This document shows positions 53,713-64,000 of a DNA stretch of 64,000 nucleotides, one piece after another. Each line of letters begins with the position of its first letter. Positions within the stretch are counted from its first letter, which is position 1. Under the pieces are notes generated by a model. The model saw nothing but the letters and a program-made list of their open reading frames with translations. It was not told where the DNA came from and made no database searches. A program made the position numbers and the translations under genes. This stretch comes from Eledone cirrhosa (lineage: Eukaryota): NCBI GenBank assembly GCA_964016885.1, contig OZ024758.1:14384001-14448000 (forward strand). The letters run 5' to 3'.

Positions 53713-54439
53713 GGGGGGGGGGGGGTTATGAGGTGTTTCGTTTTCGGTATATAAAATGGAAGTGGATAAAACTAAATGAAAAGTACTTGCTATTTTCTGT
53801 TGTAAATTTTCGTCTTTTTAATCGATAAACTGAAATATTTATACATGAATTTTTCTCTTTTTTTTTTTATTCAAACGATTTATTTGAGATTTCTTTTTTT
53901 TTTTATACTGACCCCCCCCCCCCAACACACACAGACACAACAGACTGTATGCAGTCAAGCAGTCAGTTGCCGTTTATCGATAAATTAACTCAATATGGAC
54001 AAGCAGTTAGATACGAGTATGAGTAAGTGGCGTAGGTTTAGTGTGTACTACCCGGGGGTAAGCCCCTTGTGTTTGCCCCCCCCACTACAACATACTGTAC
54101 AGTGACTCCTTCATAAAGAGGTGCCCCTCATACAAGTGTCTATTGCCCTGCATATACAAAGGTCAATACTTTATTTAATGTCAATACTTTATTTAAAAAC
54201 CATGTAAGGTGTGAATAATTTTTCTTCTTCGCCCACTTATTTCTGAGAGGGTCGTGGGGGCAGAGTCCTCAAACACTCCTTCCAGTGGGTCCTGTTAGAG
54301 GTAACCGTCTTCAACTGATTCGGCTGGATCCCCAAGCGTGACAGCCAAGCTCATCGATGTTATCAAACCATCTTGCTCTTGTTCTTTTGAATTTGAATTC
54401 ACTGTTACCCCTATAAATACCCAATCAATCATGTTCCCG

Positions 54440-57400
54440 CAACTAGTGCAGCTAGTCGTTGAGGGTGTCACACTAGATGTGCCACTGGTACAGCCAGTCG
54501 TTGAGGGTGTCACACTAGATGTGCCACTGGTACAGCCAGTCGTTGAGGGTGTCACTCTAGATGTGCCACTGGTACAGCCACTCGTTGAGGGTGTCACACT
54601 AGATGTGCCACTGGTACAGCCAGTCGTTGAGGGTGTCACTCTAGATGTGCCACTGGTACAGCCACTCGTTGAGGGTGTCACTCTAGATGTGCCACTGGTA
54701 CAGCCACTCGTTGAGGGTGTCACTCTAGATGTGCTACTGGTACAGCCAGTCGTTGAGGGTGTCACTCTAGATGTGCCACTGGTACAGCCACTCGTTGAGG
54801 GTGTCACACTAGATGTGCCACTGGTACAGCCAGTCGTTGAGGGTGTCACTCTAGATGTGCCACTGGTACAGCCACTCGTTGAGGGTGTCACACTAGATGT
54901 GCCACTGGTACAGCCAGTCGTTGGAGGTGCCACTCTAGATGTGCCACTGGTGCAGCCAGTCGTTGGAGGTGCCACTCTAGATGTGCCACTGGTACAGCCA
55001 GTCGTTGGGGTGCCACTCTAGATGTGCCACTGGTACAGCCAGTCGTTGGGGTGCCACTCTAGATGTACCACTGGTACAGCCAGTCGTTGGGGTGCCACTC
55101 TAGATGTGCCACTGGTACAGCCAGTCGTTGGGGTGCCACTCTAGATGTACCACTGGTACAGCCAGTTGTTGGGGTGCCACTCTAGATGTGCCACTGGTAC
55201 AGCCAGTCGTTGGGGTCCCACTCTAGATGTGCCACTGGTACAGCCAGTCGTTTGGGTGACACACTAGATGTGCCACAGGTGCAGCCAATCGTTGGGGTGC
55301 CACTCTGGATGTGCCACTGGTACAGCCAGTCGTTTGGGTGTCACACTAGATGTGCCACAGGTGCAGCCAGTCGTTGGGGTGTCACACTAGATGTAGCACT
55401 GGTGCAGCCAGTCGTTGGAGGTGCCACTCTAGATGTGCCACTGGTGCAGCCACTCGTTGGGGTGTCACTCTAGATGTGCCACTGGTGCAGCCAATCGTTG
55501 GGGTGCCACTCTGGATGTGTCACTGGTGTAGCCAGTGGTTGGGGAGTCACACTAGATGTGCCACTGGTGCAGCCAGTGGTTGGGGTGCCACTCTAGATGT
55601 GTCACTGGTGTAGCCAGTGGTTGGGGTTCCACACTAGATGTGCCACTGGTGTAGCCAGTGGTTGGGGTGCCACACTAGATGTGTCACTAGTGTAGCCAGT
55701 GGTTGGGGTGCCACACTAGATGTGTCACTAGTGTAGCCAGTGGTTGGGGTGCCACACTAGATGTGCCACTGGTACAGCCAGTGGTTGGGGTGCCACTCTA
55801 GATGTACCACTGGTACAGCCAGTCGTTGGGGTGCCACTCTAGATGTGCCACTGGTACAGCCAGTCGTTGAGGTGCCACTCTAGATGTGCCACTGGTACAG
55901 CCAGTCGTTTGGGTGTCACACTAGATGTGCCACAGGTGCAGTCAATCGTTGGGGTGACACTCTGGATGTGCCACTGGTACAGCCAGTCGTTGGGGTGCCA
56001 CTCTAGATGTGTCACTAGTGTAGCCAGTGGTTGGGGTGCCTCACTAGATGTGCCACTGGTGCAGCCAGTCGTTGGGGTGCCACTCTAGATGTGCCACTGG
56101 TGTAGCCAGTGGTTGGGGTGCCACACTAGATGTGCCACTGGTGTAGCCAGTCGTTGGGGTGTCACACTAGATGTACCACTGGTGCAGCCAGTGGTTGGGG
56201 TGCCACACTAGATGTGCCACTGGTGTAGCCAGTGGTTGGGGTGCCATACTAGATGTGCCACTGGTGTAGCCAGTGGTTGGGGTGCCTCACTAGATGTGCC
56301 ACTGGTGCAGCCAGTCGTTGGGGTGCCACTCTAGATGTGCCACTGGTGTAGCCAGTGGTTGGGGCGTCACACTAGATGTGTCACTAGTGTAGCCAGTGGT
56401 TGGGGTGCCTCACTAGATGTGCCACTGGTGCAGCCAGTCGTTGGAGGTGCCACTCTAGATGTGCCACTGGTACAGCCAGTCGTTGGGGTGCACTCTAGAT
56501 GTGCCACTGGTGCAGCCACTCGTTGGGGTGCCACTCTAGATGTGCCACTGGTACAGCCAGTCGTTTGGGTGTCACACTAGATGTGCCACAGGTGCAGCCA
56601 GTCGTTGGGGTGTCACTCTAGATGTGCCACTGGTACAGCCAGTCGTTGGGGTGCGACTCTAGATGTGCCACTGGTACAGCCAGTCGTTTTGGTGTCACTC
56701 TAGATGTGCCCCTGGTACAGCCAGTCGTTGGGGTGCCACTCTAGATGTGCCCCTGGTACAGCCACTCGTTGGGGTGCCACTCTAGATGTGCCCCTGGTAC
56801 AGCCACTCGTTGGGGTGCCACTGGTACAGCCAGTCGTTGGGGTGCCACTCTAGATGTGCCACTGGTACAGCCAGTCGTTTGGGTGTCACACTAGATGTGC
56901 CACAGGTGCAGCCAATCGTTGGGGTGCCACTCTGGATGTGACACTGGTACAGCCAGTCGTTTGGGTGCCACACTAGATGTGCCACAGGTGCAGCCAGTCG
57001 TTGGGGTGTCACACTAGATGTACCACTGGTGCAGCCAGTCGTTGGAGGTGCCACTCTAGATGTGCCACTGGTGCAGCCACTCGTTGGGGTGCCACTCTAG
57101 ATGTGCCACTGGTACAGCCAGTCGTTTGGGTGTCACGCTAGATGTGCCACAGGTGCAGCCAGTCGGGGTTCCACTCTGGATGTGCCACTGGTACAGCCAG
57201 TCGTTTGGGTGCCACACTAGATGTGCCACAGGTGCAGCCAATCGTTGGGGTGCCACTCTGGATGTGTCACTAGTGTAGCCAGTGGTTGGGGTGTCACACT
57301 AGATGTGCCACTGGTGCAGCCAGTGGTTGGGGTGCCACTCTAGATGTGCCACTGGTGTAGCCAGTGGTTGGGGTTCCACACTAGATGTGCCACTGGTGTA

Positions 57401-60400
57401 GCCAGTGGTTGGGGAGTCACACTAGATGTGTCACTAGTGTAGCCAGTGGTTGGGGTGCCTCACTAGATGTGCCACTGTTGTAGCCAGTGGTTGTTGTTCC
57501 ACACTAGATGTGCCACTGGTGTAGCCTGTGGTTGGGGAGCCACACTAGATGTGCCACTGGTGCAGCCAGTCGTTGGAGGTGCCACTCTAGATGTGCCACT
57601 GGTACAGCCAGTCGTTGGAGGTGCCACTCTAGATGTACCACTGGTACAGCCAGTCATTGAGGTGCCACTCTAGATGTGCCACTGGTACAGCCAGTCGTTG
57701 GAGGTGCCACTCTGGATGTGCCACTGGTACAGCCAGTCGTTGGGGTGCCACTCTAGATGTACCACTGGTACAGCCAGTCATTGATGTGCCACTCTAGATG
57801 TGCCACTGGTACAGCCAGTCGTTGGGGTGTCACACTAGATGTGCCACAGGTACAGCCAGTCGTTGGGGTGCCACTCTAGATGTGCCCCTGGTACAGCCAG
57901 TCGTTGGGGTTCCACTCTAGATGTGCCACTGGTGCAGCCAGTCGTTGGGGTGTCACACTAGATGTGCCACAGGTGCAGCCAGTCGTTGGGGTGTCACACT
58001 AGATGTACCACTGGTGCAGCCAGTCGTTGGGGTGTCACTCTAGATGTGCCACTGGTACAGCCAGTCGTTTGGGTGTCACACTAGATGTGCCACTGGTGCA
58101 GCCAGTCGTTGGGGTGTCACTCTAGATGTGCCACTGGTACAGCCAGTCGTTTGGGTGTCACACTAGATGTGCCACAGGTGCAGCCAATCGTTGGGGTGCC
58201 ACTCTGGATGTGCCACTGGTACAGCCAGTCGTTGGGGTTCCACACTAGATGTGCCACTGGTGTAGCCAGTGGTTGGGGTGTCACACTAGATGTGTCACTA
58301 GTGTAGCCAGTGGTTGGGGTGTCACACTAGATGTGCCACTGGTGCAGCCAGTCGTTGGAGGTGCCACTTTAGATGTGCCACTGGTACAGCCAGTCGTTGG
58401 GGTGCCACTCTAGATGTACCACAGGTACAGCCAGTCGTTGAGGTGCCACTCTAGATGTGCCACTGGTGCAGCCACTCGTTGGGGTCCCACTCTAGATGTG
58501 CCACTGGTGCAGCCAGTCGTTTGGGTGTCACTCTAGATGTGCCACTGGTACAGCCACTCGTTGGGGTGCCACTCTAGATGTGCCACTGGTACAGCCAGTC
58601 GTTTGGGTGTCACACTAGATGTGCCACAGGTGCAGCCAATCGTTGGGGTGCCACTCTGGATGTGCCACTGGTACAGCCAGTCGTTTGGGTGTCACACTAG
58701 ATGTGCCACAGGTGCAGCCAGTCGTTGGGGTGTCACACTAGATGTACCACTGGTGCAGCCAGTCGTTGGGGTGTCACACTAGATGTGCCACTGGTACAGC
58801 CAGTCGTTGGGGTGCCACTCTAGATGTACCACTGGTACAGCCAGTCGTTGGGGTGCCACTCTAGATGTACCACTGGTACAGCCAGTCGTTGGGGTGCCAC
58901 TCTAGATGTGCCACTGGTACAGCCAGTCGTTGGGGTGCCACTCTAGATGTGCCACTGGTACAGCCAGTCGTTTGGGTGTCACACTAGATGTGCCACAGGT
59001 GCAGCCAATCGTTGGGGTGCCACTCTGGATGTGCCACTGGTACAGCCAGTCGTTTGGGTGTCACACTAGATGTGCCACAGGTGCAGCCAGTCGTTGGAGG
59101 TGCCACTCTAGATGTGCCACTGGTACAGCCAGTCGTTTGGGTGTCACACTAGATGTGCCACAGGTGCAGCCAGTCGGGGTGCCACTCTGGATGTGCCACT
59201 GGTACAGCCACTCGTTGGGGTGTCACACTGGATGTGCCACTGGTGCAGCTAGTGGTTGGGATTCCACACTAGATGTGCCACTGGTGCAGCCAATCGTTGG
59301 GGTGCCACACTAGATGTGCCACTGGTGTAGCCAGTGGTTGGGGTGTCACACTAGATGTGCCACTGGTGTAGCCAGTGGTTGGGGTGCCTCACTAGATGTG
59401 CCACTGGTGTAGCTAGTGGTTGGGATTCCACACTAGATGTGTCACTGGTGTAGCCAGTGGTTGGGGTGCCACACTAGATGTGTCACTAGTGTAGCCAGTG
59501 GTTGGGGTGCCACACTAGATGTGCCACTGGTGTAGCCAGTGGTTGGGGTGTCACACTAGATGTGCCACTAGTGTAGCCAGTGGTTGGGGTGCCACTCTAG
59601 ATGTGCCACTGGTGTAGCCAGTGGTTGGGGTGCCACACTAGATGTGCCACTGGTGTAGCCAGTGGTTGGGGTGTCACACTAGATGTGTCACTGGTGTAGC
59701 CAGTGGTTGGGGTGTCACACTAGATGTGCCACTGGTGTAGCCAGTGGTTGGGGTGTCACACTAGATGTGCCACTGGTGTAGCCAGTGGTTGGGGTGTCAC
59801 ACTAGATGTGCCACTGGTGTAGCCAGTCGTTGGAGGTGCCACTGGTACAGCCAGTCGTTGGGGTGCCACTCTAGATGTACCACTGGTGCAGCCAGTCGTT
59901 TGGGTGTCACACTAGATGTGCCACAGGTGCAGCCAATCGTTGGGGTGCCAGTCTGGATGTGCCACTGGTACAGCCAGTCGTTTGGGTGCCACACTAGATG
60001 TGCCACAGGTGCAGCCAGTCGGGGTGCCACTCTGGATGTGCCACTGGTACAGCCAGTCGTTTGGGTGTCACACTAGAGGTGCCACAGGTGCAGCCAATCG
60101 TTGGGGTGCCACTCTGGATGTGCCACTGGTACAGCCAGTCGTTTGGGTGCCACACTAGATGTGCCAAAGGTGCAGCCAGTCGGGGTGCCACTCTGAATGT
60201 GCCACTGGTGCAGCCAATCGTTGGGGTCCCACACTTGATGTGCCACTGGTGTAGCCAGTGGTTGGGGTGTCACACTAGATGTACCACTGGTGCAGCCAGT
60301 CGTTGGGGTGCCACACTAGATGTACCACTGGTGCAGCCAGTCGTTGGAGGTGCCACTCTAGATGTGCCACTGGTGCAGCCACTCGTTGGGGTGCCACTCT

Positions 60401-61263
60401 AGATGTGCCACCGGTGCAGCCACTCGTTGGGGTGCCACTCTAGATGTGCCACTGGTACAGCCAGTCGTTTGGGTGTCACACTAGATGTGCCACAGGTGCA
60501 GCCAGTCGGGGTGCCACTCTGGATGTGCCACAGGTGCAGCCAGTCGTTTGGGTGTCACACTAGATGTGCCACAGGTGCAGCCAGTCGGGGTGCCACTCTG
60601 GATGTGCCACTGGTACAGCCAGTCGTTTGGGTGTCACACTAGATGTGCCACTCTGGATGTGCCACTGGTACAGTCACTCGTTGGGGTGTCACACTAGATG
60701 TGCCACTGGTGCAGCCAGTGGTTGGGGCGTCACACTAGATGTGCCACTGGTGTAGCCAGTGGTTGGGGTGCCACACTAGATGTGCCACTGGTGTAGCCAG
60801 TGGTTGGGGCGTCACACTAGATGTGCCACTAGTGTAGCCAGTGGTTGGGGCGTCACACTAGATGTGCCACTGGTGTAGCCAGTGGTTGGGGTGTCACACT
60901 AGATGTGCCACTGTTGTAGCCACTGGTTGGGGCGCCACTTGTACAGCTAGTCGTTAAGGGTCCCACACTAGATGTCCCACAGGTACAGCTCGTCGTTGGG
61001 GTGCCACACAAGATGTTCCACTGGTACAGCCAGTCATTGGGGTCCCACACTAGATGTGCCACTGGTGAAGCCAGTGGTTGGGCTGCCACTCTAGATGTGC
61101 CACTGGTACAGCTAGTCGTTAAGGGTGCCACTCTAGATGTGCCACAGGTACAGCCAGTCATTAAGGGTGTCACATGAGATGTGCCACAGGTACAGCTAGT
61201 CGTTGGGGTACCACACTAGATGTGCCACTGGTACAGCCAGTCGTTAGGGGTGCCACTCTAGAC
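54440..61263. repeat. ~6.8-kb 38/39-bp satellite
   Basis: GTGCCACTCTAGATGTGCCACTGGTACAGCCAGTCGTTGGG-type units, roughly 175 copies. Confidence 0.97.
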
Positions 61264-62861
61264 GTTTTTGCAGTTAACCCTCATCACTGGTCTCTATTCT
61301 CCGTCATGTATAGAATGGTCTCCGTGTTGGATGTATGGCTATATTTGCTCAGTCTTTTTCTTATTAACTAAATTCCTTCTATTACAGCATCTTTTGACAT
61401 TATTCTCACTGAATTGTTGTGACAAGGAGGCTGTGTTACACCCTTCAGTAATTCATATTTCCGTGGTTTATTGATGGTTCAAGAACTGTTAACCCTTTAG
61501 CATTTACTTTACTATATATCATCATCATCATCATCGTCTATCTTCCACTAGCATGGGTTTAGACGGGAATTGTCCCACTTGAGGCAAGATTGGTTGTCTT
61601 GCTCGTATAGAACTGTCTGGCAGTTTTTCTACGGCTGAATGCCCTTCCTAACACCAACCACGTTTACAGTGTGGGCTGGGAGTTTTTTTTGTATTTTCAC
61701 GGTAAAGGCTTTACTTAAATGGGACAAACCCAAATGATGAGTGAAGAGATGCTGTGCTGAAGAGGACCCATCCCACCCTTTCAAGCAGGGAAAAGCGGAT
61801 GTAAAATGATCATATAACGTTATAGTAAAATAATTGTGTTAACAACACATATAGGTAACGGCTGTCAAATACTGAAGGCTAAAAGTCTTTTGGTACTGTG
61901 ATGATAAGTGCCCTATCAAAACAGTCTATATTATTGTAATATGCACTCATTCAAGGTTTGTTTTCATTTTGCTAAACTTTTGTCTCTCCCAACTATAGCC
62001 ATAGAAACCTTGTCAAACAAAGGTTGGGGAGATTCTTCAGCTATGACAATGACACAATAACTTCCATACTGTTGGTACTATTATTGAATTGGCAGTATCA
62101 TTAGCAGGTCGGACGCCATGCTTTCCAGCATAGTTACGTCCCTTTACGGTCTGAGTTCAAATCCCGTCGAGATTATCTTTTCCTTTCACCCTTACGGGGT
62201 CGATAAAATAAAGTACTAGTAATGTACTGGGTAATTGCTGGCCTTGTGCCAAAAGTAGAAACAGCTATTATAAAATGCATACAGTAGAGCTAGAGTGCAG
62301 GGCTGTATGTTGTGTCTTCGGCCCTCCTGGAGATCAGAGAGTCCACTTGAGGACTGGCCAGCCTGTAACAATATGTCCAACTCTTGCTAGTTAAATGATG
62401 GTGACACTGGTGAAAATGGTAAATGTTGGTGCCATAAAATAAACGCATCCTCTACACCCTATAAGATGGTTGGCATTCAACCAAAGAAACCATGCCAAAT
62501 ATGGAACATATGATAAGGTTATTACAACCTAGCTAGTTTCAGACAATGACAAATCATCCCAGTGTGGAAGGTAGACGTAAAATAATGTTCATGATGATTT
62601 TTCTGTAAAATAAATGCTACCAAGATCTTCTTTAATTTAATCTAATCATAATCTGAGCCCTGGCTGTTTCGACACCTAGATCCGGATCTAGGTGTCAAAA
62701 TAGCCGGAGCTCAGCCGTCGGGGTCCTGAATCCTTTCATATTACCCACCCTACTACCCCAAGTGTCGAGTACTATGGTGGGTTCTGGTCTAGCTGGTTTT
62801 TACCACACCCTATCTAATATATATATAGTGAGAGTGTTACTTATAGATACATATATTATAT

Positions 62862-63488
62862 AGGTGTGAATGTATGCTATGTTATACGGGTGTGAATGTA
62901 TGCTATGTTATACAGGTGTGAATGTATGCTATGTTATACGGGTGTGAATGTATGCTATGTTATACAGGTGTGAATGTATGCTATATTATACAGGTGTGAA
63001 TGTATGCTATGTTATACAGGTGTGAATGTATGCTATATTATACAGGTGTGAATGTATGCTATGTTATACAGGTGTGAATGTATGCTATATTATACAGGTG
63101 TGAATGTATGCTATATTATACAGGTGTGAATGTATGCTATATTATACAGGTGTGAATGTATGCTATATTATACAGGTGTGAATGTATGCTATATTATACA
63201 GGTGTGAATGTATGCTATATTATACAGGTGTGAATGTATGCTATATTATACAGGTGTGAATGTATGCTATATTATACAGGTGTGAATGTATGCTATGTTA
63301 TACAGGTGTGAATGTATGCTATATTATACAGGTGTGAATGTATGCTATATTATACAGGTGTGAATGTATGCTATATTATACAGGTGTGAATGTATGCTAT
63401 ATTATACAGGTGTGAATGTATGCTATATTATACAGGTGTGAATGTATGCTATATTATACAGGTGTGAATGTATGCTATATTATACAGG
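62862..63488. repeat. 26-bp minisatellite, ~24 copies
   Basis: CAGGTGTGAATGTATGCTATATTATA. Confidence 0.95.
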
Positions 63489-63595
63489 TTATGTGTGTAC
63501 TTTTATCAATGCATGTTTTTAATAACATTTTATCAGCAATTTGCTTCCTCTTTTCCATATATGCATTATCTGCCACATTTCCAAACAAAGCTAAT

Positions 63596-64000
63596 CACTC
63601 AGGTAGACAGACAGACAGACACTCAGGTAGACAGAGAGGCAGATAGATACTCAGACAGACAGACACTCAGGTAGACAGAAAGGCAGACAGGCAGACACTC
63701 AGATAGACAGACACAGACACTCAGGTAGTCAGAGAGGCAGACAGATACTCAGACAGACAGACAGACACTCAGATAGACAGACACAGACACTCAGGTAGAC
63801 AGACGGGTCGACACTCAGGTAGACAGACACAGACACTCAGGTAGACAGACAGACACTCAGATAGACAGACACTCAGGTAGACAGACGGGTCGACACTCAG
63901 GTAGACAGACAGACACTCAGATAGACAGACACAGACACTCGGGTAGACAGACGGGTCGACACTCAGGTAGACAGACACAGACACTCAGGTAGACAGACAG
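63596..64000. repeat. GACA-rich minisatellite (CACTCAGGTAGACAGA..)
   Basis: Tandem units running to the window end. Confidence 0.9.

Noticed and set aside
54295-55021. 226/227-aa repeat ORFs (mucin-like TTGCTSG / VTLDVPLVQP)
   Set aside because: Arise from 39-bp satellite units; the frame breaks as soon as 38-bp units begin; no splice or start context

Overview
Eukaryotic, AT-rich, very repeat-dense animal DNA. The SINE families and (TA)n/(CT)n microsatellite load look cephalopod/octopus-like (inference). One host gene can be assembled by hand: a 7-coding-exon CCDC85-family coiled-coil gene on + (31683-41013, about 512 aa, all GT-AG, phases consistent). The rest is SINEs, MITEs (piggyBac-, hAT- and Tc1/mariner-like), decayed LINEs (RTE, CRE-like, CR1-like, Vingi-like), a Penelope-type GIY-YIG remnant, a tRNA-Ala pseudogene, an 18S rRNA fragment and several minisatellites, including a ~6.8 kb 38/39-bp array. 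The most striking unannotated signal is about a dozen minimal type I hammerhead ribozyme motifs (CUGANGA...GAAA, palindromic mini stem III) from at least six sequence families. They sit in short elements embedded in (TA)n tracts, often as fold-back palindromes or twin-priming-like inversions. A TA-targeting RTE LINE and the Penelope GIY-YIG remnant show the same inversion architecture. Most ORFs in the supplied track are microsatellite artefacts. All alignments and folds were done by eye.
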